Shown: positions 24,059 through 36,837, counted from the whole stretch's first letter. The stretch: DNA of 61,849 nt, filler included, from Diploschistes diacapsis (GCA_023645945.1; 15 parts of 15 records of this genome joined end to end with filler, not necessarily neighbours in it), one strand, 5' to 3'. Made by a program: numbers and translations. The notes: a model not told the origin generated them from the letters alone.

Positions 24059-25386
24059 TTTCGCGAGTTCGGCTGTTGAAATAACGAGCCGACTTCAACT
24101 TCAATTTGTGTAACTACGCTTATAGCGACAGCTCAAACTTCGTTAAGGCTTTCTTGAACGATATGCTTGTCCGGTGTTGAGATTCTGTGGAATTCTTCAA
24201 ACAGTAGTAGAACTTGGATTCGAGTATGATACTAAAAGAGATATCGGAGCTACGACACATGAGGAGGGGAAAATAAATAGATGAGTCGAAGTGTTCAGTC
24301 AAGGAAAGTGAGGCTCTCTACTCCGGATTCTTGATTTGTTAAAAAGTGTTCACTTATCTGTTGTCTGATCGATGTGAAAAGCAAACTTGCCTGCGCTTGA
24401 ACTGCACTTTTGTTACCTTCTTCTCTAAATCATTGGACTAGCGTCATTCGTCTGTCTGGAGTTATCACTACATATATCATGGGATATATTAGACGATGTC
24501 AATTTCCGCAACCACTTAATAAGTCCAATTTACAATAGAGCGTTAACTACAAACTCTGAAACTTTACAAGCACCCTGGACTCGCGAACACTCTAACATCA
24601 GGCTGGAGAAGGAACCAAATCAAACTTTTCGTGACTGTCGTGACTGAAGAAGACAACAAGAAAGAACAGTCGGTCTTCCTCCTTTTAGACAACCCTTTCT
24701 CTTAGGTCGTGGCCAGAGTGCGGAACCATATCAGGCAATTTGAGACCGCCAAGACACCATGATTCAGGGGCTACCTTCAAGTAACAGAAACTACATACTT
24801 GAAGCTACATGTAGGGTAACTTGAAGTCGGTGCTTTCTTGCTCGGCCTCATGGACAAAGGATATTGAAACGATCTATCATTTAATTCTGTTACTTTGCCC
24901 ATGCGCTAAGGGACAGGCTTATGGCTGTCCTCTACGATATCACTGGATGTCCTTGACACAACACTGTCTGTAAAGAACTTAGTAATTTCTGTCAAAGCTC
25001 TTCTGCCCAACACTTGACATACTCCACGTGTGCTTTAACCGGCCTAAATTATCGAGATACTTCCATCTAATAATTCCAGTGGCCGTTGCAAACCAAGAAT
25101 TAACAGTAACAACATACCACAATGAAGGCTAGGTGCTGTAACGATGAATTGCTCCGTACTCGAGTTAAGATGTCAGCACTGAGATGCATGTCCTGTTTTT
25201 TACGAAGCACTTGTCTATTAGAGATTTTTTAGTAAAGTATTATAAGCCGGCTAGTGATTGTTTTTGGAATCTCATTACGGTCTCATTGAGACTGCGTCAT
25301 ACATCCCCCTGCATGCGGCAAAGGAAACGCCATCCACAGTCCACAAGGCCACTATTGAAAGAAACAGAAACCTTCCTAAAAGGCCC

Positions 25387-26490
25387 ATGTTAAGCGCCTG
25401 TAAGAACAGAGCTACCCTCGTGAAAAGCGCAATAGCCGCAAGCCCTCAGCCCCTCAATACCAAGCTCGTTCAAGCCTTTCACTCTGCATTTCCCACCAAG
25501 GCACATCTCTGGAAAAGAACCATGGCCTCCGCAGTATCCAAGCGCCTCGAAGGCAAGACCATCGTGATAACCGGCGCCTCGTCGGGGATCGGACGGAGCA
25601 CCGCCTTCGAATTCGCACGAACGTGTCCCAAATCACTCAAGCTCGTGCTCACCGCGCGGCGCATCGACAAGCTGAAGCAGGTCGCCGCCGATATTCAGAC
25701 GGAAGTCGGCGAGTCCGTCAAGGTGCTCCCCGTGCAGCTCGATGTGAGCCGGCCCTCCGAGGTCCGCTCCTTCGTGGACTCGCTGCCGGCCGAGTTCCGC
25801 GAGATCGATGTCCTTGTCAACAACGCCGGGCTGGTGAAGGGCGTGGCGCAGTCCCCCGCGATCGCGGAGGAGGATATTCATGCTATGATCAGCACTAATG
25901 TTACCGGGCTTATCAATATGACGCAGGAAGTTTTGAAGGTTTACAAGAAGCGAGACGAAGGTGGGAAGGGGGATGTTATTAATATTGGTAGTATTGCTGG
26001 CAGAGAGGCCTACCCTGGAGGGAGCATCTACTGTGCGACCAAAGCGGCGATACGAAGCTATACTACGGCGCTGAGGAAAGAGTTGATCAACACGCGCATC
26101 AGAGTTATGGAGATTGATCCGGGTCAAGTGGAGACTGTGAGCACACCAAGCTTGACCTCTGGGAGGGACTTCAATAACTAGTCATAGGAGTTCTCCATTG
26201 TCCGATTCTATGGGGACAAGGCAAAGGCTGACGCGATTTATGCGTAAATTGCCCTTATAACCTTTAGGGAGGATTTCTTGCTCACTCGAACAGGAACTGC
26301 GAGCCTTTGACGCCGGATGATATCGCGGAGACCATTGTCTTCTGCGCTGGTCGTAGGGAGAACGTGGTGATAGCAGACATGCTCGTCTACCCTTCCCACC
26401 AGGTTTGTGACAGCATACAGATTTCCGCGCTCTGCTGACTGTATCCAGGGAGGGGCTGGCGCGCTATACAAAAAGCCTACTGGGCAGTAA
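25387..26490 (+). CDS. NADP-dependent short-chain dehydrogenase (YMR226C/YdfG-like 3-hydroxy acid dehydrogenase)
   Basis: TGASSGIG, NNAG, YCATK and DPGQVETEFS. Exons end at 26136, then 26188-26243, 26294-26402 and 26449-26490. The conserved core starts at ATG 25522, with an upstream in-frame ATG at 25387. Confidence 0.9.
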
Positions 26491-26519
26491 GGACCGTACT
26501 AGTATCTCCTTCCTGTACA

Positions 26520-27104
26520 CTAGTCCTCGCCACCACCATCACCCAAGGTTTCCTCAATTTTTTCCAGTTCTTCTGCATCTGATACTTCTATCACCCTCCC
26601 GACTTCCGCCGTGTTCCTCATTAGTTCCTTCGCTCCAGCGTACAGCATGCGCAGCTCTGCATTGCAGGTCACTGGCATGTAGTATATCATCACGTAGGGC
26701 ACCGAGAGACGTCCGGAAGGCTTTGAAGCTATGGTCAGCTCATGTGCAGTCGGCAAGGCAAGCTGGACGGTACAAGGGTCATAGGATAGCTAAGCAAGAC
26801 ATATCGCGGGGAATGGCCCGGAAGGTCCTCGCCCAGGGCGCTCAAGTCTGTATAAACCTCATCGTCCGCTTGCGCGATTTCCAGAGTATCTTTGCTGATC
26901 TGATCTGGACTATCGTCTTAGCGCTGCCTTGGGCCTCGAGCTGTATCCGTACAAACGACGGCCTGCGCGTCCTTGGCCCGCGACGTGCCTAGCCGGAACT
27001 TGCGGAGGGCAGCCCGTGTCTCGGGAGAAAAGGTATAGAGGCGAGATTCGGAGGCCTGAAAACCGTCAGCCAGAGCGAATGCTAAAGTAAGAGGGCGCTA
27101 CCAT
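26520..27104 (-). CDS. AIM7: Glia maturation factor (ADF-H domain, Aim7/Gmf1)
   Basis: An ATG-only first exon (27104-27102), then ASESRLYTFSPETRAALRKFRL, LPGHSPRYVLLSYP, GRLSVPYVMIYYMP and RMLYAGAKEL; three introns. Confidence 0.9.
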
Positions 27105-27430
27105 CTACCCGAAGATCCAATCGCTACCAGAGTGTAGATACAATTGACCGCAAGAGGGGAGGGTAAACACTCAGTTACAAGTAAGCCATCGCGGGGCTGC
27201 CAAGCTTTGGAAATTTAATGTAGGTGTTTTTCTAGATCCAAGATTTTAGCAAAATATGCTTAGCTAAACTTTATTGGCACATTTATCTTAAACAAAGCCA
27301 ATGATAGTGTGTACTGCATTATATTCACTAACTGTTCGATCTGGGATAGACTTGAGGCTGTCTGACCATCGAACCTTCCGTTTCTTTAAGCATCTTATCT
27401 TGAGCTCTCAACTCAGCTTCTCCTTCGCCT

Positions 27431-28680
27431 ATGTTTTCTCGACTTAACCAGCTGAATCGGCATCTCTCAAAGCAGATACCTGCTGTCACCTACCGACCAC
27501 ATAACTTTTCTAGCTCTTCGTTACGCACAGGCATCATGACATCATCCGCAGAAGATAGGAGTAAGCGCACGTCAGTGTCCAGCTCATGCCGGCAGGTTTC
27601 GGAGCTGAACCAAACAGAATTCACACGGCTGGATGCATCATAATCGGCGACGAGGTCTTGGGAGGCAAGGTAAGCAGACACAGCGAGCAGATAGCCTCCA
27701 TGCAACGCATAACATCTGACTGGTTGAAGACTGTTGATAGCAAGTCTCCAGTCCCAACATAGCACCAGGATGCTCATGCGAGTCAGCCAATTCGACATAC
27801 CTTGCCAAATTTTGCTTCTCGTTGGGCATCAACCTGAAACGGATAGAGGTCATTGCCGATGATGAAGGAGAGATTGTTGAAGCCGCAAGGAGGATGAGCT
27901 CCAATTACGACTTTGTAAGATCGCGTTTCCTACAAGGGCGAGGTCCAGACATTGAATATCTTTAAGGTTGTAACAAGTGGTGGAATTGGACCTACGTTCG
28001 TGCCTGATAACAGGAGCTTTCTTGACCTACCCAGCTGATAATTCGCGTCTAGGCATGATGATATCACATATCCATCAATTGCAAAAGCGTACAACTTGCC
28101 CCTCGTACTTCATCAGGAAGCGCTCCAGAAGATGAAACAACTATCTAAACCACATCCTTCTCAGCCCCATTTTTCTTACGATACGCCTAGTCCCGCACTA
28201 GAAGCTAAGTTACGTATGATTCGACTACCCATAGACAGTTCGCGACCGGATCAGGAACAAGTGTTCTTCGTGAAAGACGACCTCTGGGTACCAGTTTCAG
28301 TTGTCAATGGCAATATCCACATACTGCCCGGTGTTCCAAGACTTTTCGAAGCACTTCTCGAAGGTATCAAGCCTCGTCTGGTTCCCCGGCTCACGGACCC
28401 TGAGGGCAAGGGCATCTATAGAATGCTTTTCTCGACTCCACTGGCGGAAAGTGAGGTTGCCATGTATTTAACGGATCTGGCGGGTCGAATCGAATCGCAA
28501 GGGATCAAGGTTGGAAGCTACCCTCGTTGGGGAAAGAGCAATAATACCGTGACACTGGTAGGGAGGAACAAGGAACTGATGGACAGTCTCGTCTCTGAAA
28601 TCGAGGAGAATGTCAGAGGCAAGAAAGTTGACAAAGAGGACGAGTTAGACAAAGAAGATGTGTCGGCGGATTCGGGATGA
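27431..28680 (+). CDS. Molybdopterin-binding (MoCF/CinA-like) domain protein, Fpy1-like FAD pyrophosphatase
   Basis: The spliced product reads AGCIIIGDEVLGGK-TVDTNS, FVVTSGGIGPTHDDITY, ILPGVPRLF and KVGSYP. Five introns, including a 10-nt exon at 27730-27739. Confidence 0.88.
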
Positions 28681-29669
28681 AGCTAAATTTGGTCTGTATG
28701 CGAGGATGAGTTAATTCCCTGGGGACTCTAATCGCCAGCTGATGTCGTCCGTGTCGAGTACCAGCGAAGATTTTATGGAATCTCGACATCGAGGAAACAC
28801 GATATAGCATCTCAAATAAGTGTTACCTGAGCGGATGCTGTGATGTAGTCCTTACAGATGCGAATTAGACAACATCGCTACTGCACCTCGCGCCTTGAAG
28901 ATTTCCTTGTTACGCCAATAGCCTCGAGTGGCTCACCCAACTGAGTTAAGTGGGATGTTTATTTTCTCCAAAGTCTGATTTGAGATTCTATCTGCTTCCA
29001 AGCCCCTTCCAGTTCGGATCACTTTGTCGATGAGGCGATAGTCAAGTTCAAGTTCTCTTTATCTTATCCATTTAGACGTTATTCTTTGCATTTATTGCAT
29101 TTGAATTGGTTGAATGGTAGTAGTTTTCAAAAGCAGTCACCCTCTCTGAAAACGCCTCACAAAATTCATCGAGGCAGCTTCTCTTTTGACTTATCATAAG
29201 GAGTCATATCTCAAGACGATACTCTAGGCTTCCCTTGCTTATCCGCTCACGTCTTTAGCACATTCGGTTGATTCCCTCACGCTTCCTTGTCATTCTGTTC
29301 CCAAAGCATGGCCCTCCGTAGCTTCATGATCCTTTTCCCTTGCCTCAGGACCCAGACCCGATAGCTGCGCTAGGCTTTGCCGGCTTGAGACTAATCCTCT
29401 TTCGAGTTAGCCTCTCCGCTAGGCTTTATCCGGGTTAGCGGATACTGACTTGATCGTTAGCTGCTATATGGTCTAGGGGCGGAATGTTATAAAAGAAACA
29501 ATTTAATCTTTATTTACGAAATTTAAATCATTTTGCACTATTTTACGCTATCTAGTCTATTTTAAACGCTACAAACACCTTTTTGCCACCAAATTTTCTA
29601 CGCCAGTAATTTGAACGCTTTTTTGAATTTTTATAACATTTTTCGAGCGTCTTTTTGAAGTATCTGAAG

Positions 29670-29983
29670 TAGGCTGGCCGTCACTGACACTGACACGGCC
29701 GTGTCAGTGACACGGATACTGACAGTATTAGTGTCCGTGTTTTAGATTTTTTAATTGCGGTATCCGTGTTCGTGGATTTACGGAAATATAATATTCGTAT
29801 TAATATTAATATTTTAAAATTTTTAATTATAATATCCGTGTCCGTGTTTTTACTGTAATGTAGTGTCCGTGTTAGTGTCCGTGTTTTAAAATTTTAACTA
29901 TCGTGTCCGTGTCAGTGTCCGTGTTTTGAAAATTTTTGCTGCAGTGTCCGTGTTAGTGACCGTGGCACGAAACGGCCAGCCTA
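29670..29983. mobile_element. Short hAT-like MITE (TIR TAGGCTGGCCGT) with GTGTCC subterminal repeats
   Basis: Inverted ends TAGGCTGGCCGT / ACGGCCAGCCTA; same family as 38406-38610 and 48985-49589. No TSD is visible. Confidence 0.75.
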
Positions 29984-30124
29984 CTCTTCAATATATCTTC
30001 ACTGTACAATAGTCAGCTACCAGGCTAGGCAGGCTAGGGATTATTTCCTAGTTAGGACTAGCTGCTGAATTCATCTTAGTCATCTGTTATCTATTAGGAC
30101 TTCCACCACTTTCAACACTATATA

Positions 30125-30423
30125 ACGTATATGCATAGCGAGCGGACACTCATAGCGAACGGACACCCCCTATTTAATTTTATAAACTTTTAACTTTTAT
30201 ATCAATTTCCTACGCGTACGATTATGGAATCATCTTTAATTTAAAATAAAATCATAATAACACTTTAGGCTATTAAATAAAACCCAAATCTTAATATAAA
30301 CCGCGTATTTTAAATATATAAAAATTTTTATACAACGTTTATTGCTCGACGCGATAATCGTATTTTAAAACACGATATTTCAACGAATTTAATAAATTAA
30401 ATTTTATTAAAAAAGAAAACGAT
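30125..30423 (+). mobile_element. Fot1/pogo-type DNA transposon 5' end, RIP-degenerate
   Basis: TA followed by ACGTATATGCATAGCGAGCGGACA; also at 32007 and 61840. It is followed by a decayed HTH-psq-like N-terminus. Confidence 0.8.
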
Positions 30424-30523
30424 NNNNNNNNNNNNNNNNNNNNNNNNNNNNNNNNNNNNNNNNNNNNTTAATTAATTAANNNNNNNNNNNNNNNNNNNNN
30501 NNNNNNNNNNNNNNNNNNNNNNN

Positions 30524-30619
30524 GCTTAGCGGATCTCATAAGGTATAAAAGTCTATATAATAGGATGTCTTTATAAATCAGACCTCGAGACTTCAATATA
30601 TCCATTACGTTGCCAAACA
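30524..30619. mobile_element. LTR-like family D, partial
   Basis: Ends CATTACGTTGCCAAACA, homologous to 2385 and 37117. Confidence 0.65.
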
Positions 30620-31007
30620 GTAGTAATATTGATATTTTTACAGTGTATTTTACAGTTATTAGTGTAATCCGACCTGGAGCTGCCACCTATTAACGAACAA
30701 AAATATTCATTCTTACAATCATCATTATTATTGTATTACTGCAAGTTATCTTAGTCATTTATTGCCTATTCAGTGATCCCCCTTGCCATTTTTAACAGTT
30801 TTTGAAATAAAAAGAATAAAGAGAAATATAATAAAATCCATTCGTCTTGATTAGATTCTGATTGCGATAATCAACTTATATATATGAACTCTAAAATAAT
30901 GGCAGTAACGACCTAATGGCCGCGTCCTGGAGGTGGCCAAGTTGGCCGTCAAACACGTCATATATAATAACTTCAATGGACACAAACTATCACATCAAAT
31001 ACCCATA

Positions 31008-31207
31008 ACGTGTTTCACCACGAAACGGAACACACCACCAAGCGGAACACTACATTATAATGTAATCAAAAAAGGCCGAAGAACGGGGGTAGTGTAGTTG
31101 AAAACAGATTTAGCTTCGTACAAATATGGAAGCGCTCGATCTAGCGCAATTACATTATAATGTAGTGTTCCGCTTGGTGATGTGTTCCGTTTCGTGGTGA
31201 AACACGT
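31008..31207. mobile_element. 200-bp Fot1/pogo-type MITE with 59-bp TIRs
   Basis: ACGTGTTTCACCACGAAACGGAACAC...TAATGTAAT is mirrored at the right end with 1 mismatch; TA on both flanks (31006-7, 31208-9). Confidence 0.92.
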
Positions 31208-31377
31208 TATAAACCTTCCTCAACAGACATCACTTTAGCATTGATTGATTCACTAGTTTATCATAAAGTACTAGGCATTAAGTTTTTCCCCCCTCCCGAC
31301 CACCAAAAAATTTATCTACTTTTTGAACGCACATAAACTTTATCAATATTAAAGATAATTAAATAATTTTTATTGCA

Positions 31378-31870
31378 TTAGGAAGCCAGATATCCATAGT
31401 TTTTTAAATATTTAGTAATCCTTCCTTTTGCCAATCTGCAAGCATCCAGCCGCCGCGGGATTGAATTGATTAATCGCTGGGATAAATCGAAAGAACTATC
31501 ACCTAAAATATTTCCAAAAGCATCCCTAATCGCTACTTTTAATGCTGCTTTAATCTTTTCTATATCTCCTATCATTAATTTAAGGTCATGATGAAGCTCG
31601 TAAACCACGCATTTTAGCCTCTATCAAAAATGTTCGATGCAATTAAGATCAGGACTGCGAGAGGGATGGGGTAAGTACCATACCCCGTATTCTTTTAAAG
31701 TTAAATAGTTTCGCGCGTAGTATATATCTTTATTTTACTCTGAATGAAAGTTTGTCACGCTTCGTAGAATTGTCATAAAAAATCGCGTAATAAACGGCGA
31801 TATCCAGCCCCCGTAAGATATTTATCTTTTAAATAATATTCGTCGTAAAAGTATTAAAATATTCGATTAT
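31378..31870 (-). mobile_element. Tc1-like transposase C-terminal remnant
   Basis: PHPSRSPDLNCIEHF* (WPxxSPDLNPIExxW) and LINSIPRRLDACRLAKGRITKY (SMPxRxxAVIxAKGxxTKY). Confidence 0.85.
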
Positions 31871-32006
31871 CGTGATATATAACAGCCTATATTATTACCG
31901 TATAGTTAGTATTGGCCGTTTCGCCGATATATTATAATAAATATTACTTTCCCGTATGTCTTTAAACTTATAGACGTTGTTTTCAATTTCTTATATAAAT
32001 TAAATA

Positions 32007-33051
32007 ACGTATATGCATAGCGAGCGGACATTCATAGCGAACGGATATCCCCCATCCGATTTTACGAACTTTCAATTTTTGTATTAATTTTCTACGCGTA
32101 CGATTATGGAATCATCTTGAATTAAAAATAGAATCATAATGGCACTTTAAGCTATCAAATAAAACCCAAATCTTAACATAAAACGCGTATTTCAGATATA
32201 TAAGGTTCCTCGTACGACGCTTATTGCTCGACGCGATAGTCGTATTTCAAGACACGATATTTTAATCAACTTAATGAATTTAAGTCTGTTAAAAGAGAAG
32301 ACGATTTTTAAACGTACGATTAATTTAATCGAATATAATTTTCCGCCGCGATAAAACGACAAACGCGACATAACCAACTTAATACGCGTATTGCTATGAT
32401 AGGGACAAATTATTAGATGGAGTGAAAAATAGATTCTAAAAGCTGCTGAGGACAACGAGCCTCTTATAGCTATAATAGGTAGATGCCTAATGGCATCATG
32501 GGCCTGGCGTTATAGCGACACTGGTAGGTGCAAGTAGATGCGAACCCAGTAACAGCAGTAGTAGCAAGCTTGGTAGCAGCTAGTAGTTGCTACACGTATT
32601 TCGAAATACGTTACCAACCGGATCACGATAAATATAAACCTTCGTATGAAAACAAGAAATGCTTAAAATATGTTATTAAAAAACATTAATTAAAGATTTA
32701 CGAATCGTACGAAACTAATTCGACCTCGTACGTAACGTAATTAATAAATATAATATTTTCGATTCGGATACGACGAAACCGGCTTTCTTATAGGAATGTT
32801 GAGTTATATAAAGGTCGTAATTACTTTAAATCGTAAAAATAGATTTCGTACGAAACAGCCCGGTAATCGAGAATAAATTTTTATTATTTAAATTATTTAC
32901 GCGGACGATTATACGTTAAATGATAATTCTTGAAATCGAGATTAAGACACTTCGTACGACGAATAAAATATTTAATAAACGAAAAAGAATTAAAAAAACG
33001 CGCGTACGAGTTGAAAGATTATTTAACGTATTAAAAGTAATCGTATTATAA
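32007..33051 (+). mobile_element. Fot1/pogo-type transposon, RIP-degenerate, interrupted by a solo LTR
   Basis: Same terminus as 30125. It reads RIIMAL*AIK*NPNLNIKR..QIYKVPRTTLIARR (HTH-psq), and a DETGF-like DDE motif occurs near 32770. Confidence 0.85.
32392..32594. mobile_element. Solo LTR, family E (203 bp)
   Basis: TG...CA ends and a 5-bp TSD CGTAT (32387-32391, 32595-32599). It is GC-normal inside an AT-rich host. Confidence 0.8.
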
Positions 33052-33960
33052 NNNNNNNNNNNNNNNNNNNNNNNNNNNNNNNNNNNNNNNNNNNNTTAAT
33101 TAATTAANNNNNNNNNNNNNNNNNNNNNNNNNNNNNNNNNNNNNNNNNNNNCACACACGCACACACACACAAACACAAACACACGTCAATTTCCCCTTCC
33201 CCTTCGACAAACAACTCGCGCCTCCGCCAAAACCTACCGTCAAAGAATCAGTCAGTCAGTCCTATGTTATTCTCGGGACTCGTCTTCGAATCATCCTTCT
33301 GTAGCTCTGGTGAGTACTGCTCTCTTTCCCCCATATCACCCACCCGAGTAAGCAATAGTCTCGAGACCCGACCATGCGATGCATGGACCCCACTAAAGGA
33401 CGACTACTGACAAACTCGTCCTCCTTTGCGGCAACAGGGAGTTGAGAACATCTGTCCATCCTTCCAAGTGATATCGGACCGTGCGCGGTTACTTTCAGAC
33501 TCTGTAAGTAAGAGCCCATGATAAAGCCGGTTCGCTCCGCTTGTCATGCACGCTTTCATCTAACAACATTTCAGAAGACTCGGCCAACGGCACCGAGTCT
33601 CTCTACATCTTCCTCGAAGGAGTAAACACAGAGCTCTGGAGCCACAACACGCAAGCTTTCCCTCTCCCGCACACCAATCCATCTACTTTCGGCGAAACCC
33701 CAATTCAACGGCCGGCCGAGTGTTGCACAGGCAGGCATCATCCCGAATCCGTCAACCAATCAATCTTCCGTGGACTCGTTCATCCCACTGAAACGTGCAG
33801 ACCTTCCAAATTTCGAATTTGTGGTCGAGCTCAAGCGGCTTACCAGTCGAGATCTGTCCACGAAACAATCCTCGGAAGGGTTCTGTGCCATTCAACATAC
33901 ATACAGCCAGGTCGGACACATTTGCAGTTTGGCAACAACGCAGCGGCCATTTCCTGGACA

Positions 33961-35514
33961 ATGTCGTCGAGCACTCGACCTGCAGGCTTCTCGGGTTTGC
34001 GTATTGGGGGTAAGGAAGCAGTTCGGCCAGCACGGACCTCTTGCACTCCCACGCAGTCGCTAACTGCAGGCAGAGGTCATCAGGGAGAAGGTACAAGACG
34101 GCTTGACCGGCGAGACCAAGGAAATTCAGTACACCCAATGCAAGATCGTCGGCAACGGTTCCTTTGGCGTCGTGTTCCAGACAAAGTTGTCTCCAAACGG
34201 TGAAGATGCGGCGATCAAACGCGTGCTGCAGGACAAAAGATTCAAGGTGACTGACTATGCACCCGCTACCCCCAACGACCGAGTCTGTCGGGGACTGACT
34301 GACGGGGTGTGAAGAACCGCGAGCTGCAGATCATGAGGATCGTCCGTCATCCCAACATCGTCGAGCTTAAAGCTTTTTATTACTCTAACGGTGAAAGGGT
34401 AAGCAGTGTGGGAATCACCTCGGCCTTGCAGTCCTTGAGTTTTTTTTTCTGACACTTGCCGCAGAAAGACGAAGTCTACCTCAACCTCGTACTCGAGTTC
34501 GTCCCCGAGACTGTCTACCGCGCCTCAAGATTCTTCAACAAAATGAAGACCACCATGCCCACGCTCGAGATCAAGCTCTACACCTACCAGCTCTTCCGCT
34601 CGCTCGCATACATTCATTCGCAGGGAATTTGCCATAGGGATATCAAACCTCAGAATCTCTTGCTCGACCCCAACACGGGCGTGCTCAAGCTTTGCGACTT
34701 CGGTAGCGCCAAGATCCTCGTCGAGAATGAGCCGAACGTCTCCTACATCTGCTCGCGCTATTACCGTGCTCCAGAGCTCATATTCGGAGCAACCAACTAT
34801 ACGACTAAAATTGGTAGGCTGCTGCTTCTCGATGTCGCTCGAACGAGTCGATCGCTAACCCCGTTGCCCAGATGTGTGGTCCACGGGATGTGTCATGGCA
34901 GAGCTCATGCTCGGTCAGCCCCTCTTTCCTGGGGAATCTGGCATAGATCAGCTGGTGGAGATCATCAAGATCCTGGGCACACCCACCAAGGAGCAGATCC
35001 GCACCATGAACCCGAACTACATGGAGCACAAATTTCCACAGATCAAGCCGCACCCATTTAGCAAGGCAAGTCGTAGCTTCGTCTTCAATGCGGGGGGACC
35101 CCAGCTTACCTAGGGAAACAAGGTCTTCCGCAAAGCGTCCATAGAAGCCATCGACCTCATTGCAGCTCTGCTCGAGTACACGCCCACCCAACGCCTCTCG
35201 GCCATCGAGGCAATGTGCCATCCCTTTTTCGACGAGATCCGAGACCCGGCCTGCCGCTTTCCCGATTCCCGGCATCCCAACGGTTCAATGAAGGATATGC
35301 CTGAACTCTTCAACTTCTCCAAACATGGTAGGTCAGCTTCGGACTCCACAGGTGGCCGCTTGCTGACGGAGTGACCGTAGAGTTGTCGATACGTACCGAT
35401 TTGAATGACCGTCTCGTTCCTGCGCACGCTCGGAAGACCCTGCTGGCCAAGGGATTAGATTTGGATAACTTCGAGGCCTTGTCGAAAGAAGAGATGAAAG
35501 CACACCTCGACTGA
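33961..35514 (+). CDS. gsk3: Glycogen synthase kinase 3 (GSK-3/Rim11 family)
   Basis: [41 protein letters not shown] and [12 protein letters not shown]. Seven coding exons; intron 35066-35122 is GC-AG. Confidence 0.96.
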
Positions 35515-35778
35515 GTACGGGATGATGATGCACGAGTCACGAAATACATATCCCGCGGGTTCTGTCGCTTGTGTGAATGTTGCGCCTGCCAATTTGGGTC
35601 CAATACTGTTCAACTGTGTTTTGCCCGAGCACGATGTAAGAGCATTGGCATCTTTTGCATACGTGGGCGGCGGTGGCGNNNNNNNNNNNNNNNNNNNNNN
35701 NNNNNNNNNNNNNNNNNNNNNNTTAATTAATTAANNNNNNNNNNNNNNNNNNNNNNNNNNNNNNNNNNNNNNNNNNNN

Positions 35779-36500
35779 GTATTAGGTAGTTATTGAACCT
35801 GAACGTCGTTAACTGAACCTCGAGTTCGTTAATTATAAAGTTAAGAATGGCACGATTATTTAGGAAATATAGACATATTTAATAAAAATTTTAAAGTAAA
35901 TATCGTATAAACGATCGAATTACGCCTTAAAGGTTCTTTTTTAATAATTATTTATAGTATTGTTGTTTGATTACGTAAATATTATCGACGTTATTGATAT
36001 TTAAATCGATGGTGTTTCATCCGTTAATATTGATTACGATAAATGGTTTAATAAGTTAATTGATAAGTAAAAAAAGTTAATAAAAAAGGTCGTAGTATAT
36101 TTATTCCGTTAAAAGGGATCTTTTCGGCGATTTAACGAGAAACGATGCCGTCGTTTTAGTTTAAAAAACTTATTTGAAGGATGTTTATTTTATAATGATC
36201 ATGATTATCGCGCGATACGTTATAAACTCGCGAAAGAATTTAAAAAGATAATTATTATAATAAAGGATAAGAATCGGGAAGAAAAATTCCGAAATATTCG
36301 TAATAAACAAAAAAGCAAGAAAAAACGCGCCTGTAAACGCAAAAAGTTTAAATAATAAAAGTTTAAGGATCGATACTGAATCTGAACCTGAATTTTAAAT
36401 TTTAATTATAATTAATTAGTTTATTTGTCTAGATATTGAATTTTTATTCGAAAACGACGAATTAAAGTCGGGGAAGAAATATTTTATTTAGATATTAAAT
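35779..36500 (+). mobile_element. Second RIP-degenerate copy of the copia gag seen at 78-900
   Basis: Colinear with contig 1, e.g. TTATTGAACCT.AACGTCG.TAA.TGAACCT..AGTTCGTTAATTATAAA; differences are mostly transitions. Confidence 0.8.
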
Positions 36501-36837
36501 CCTATCATTTAGAATCTTCGATAGATCACAATATTTTAAGAATTCTTGCTTCTTATAATCGTCTCGAACCAGATAATGGTGGCCGACGATCAGTAAAGTT
36601 AAAATAATATTTTTAGATTTTAATATTCTGCGATTGAGATATGTTGTGTTTTTCTTTCTATATTGTCGGAATAAAAGGTTATATAAAATAAAATTATGAA
36701 AAGGTCGTTGACGGAATTACGACGTTTACGATACTATTATATTATTTAAAAGTATAATATTTTTTAAAGATAATCGGTTCTAATCGAAAAGATATTTAAA
36801 TAAATTAATATATTAGATAACTCCGTCTATAAAGGAA

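Noticed and set aside
29289..29490. GC-normal island that might be a solo LTR (similarly 30003-30117 and 60223-60423)
   Set aside because: TG-like starts but no TSD and no second copy in the window.
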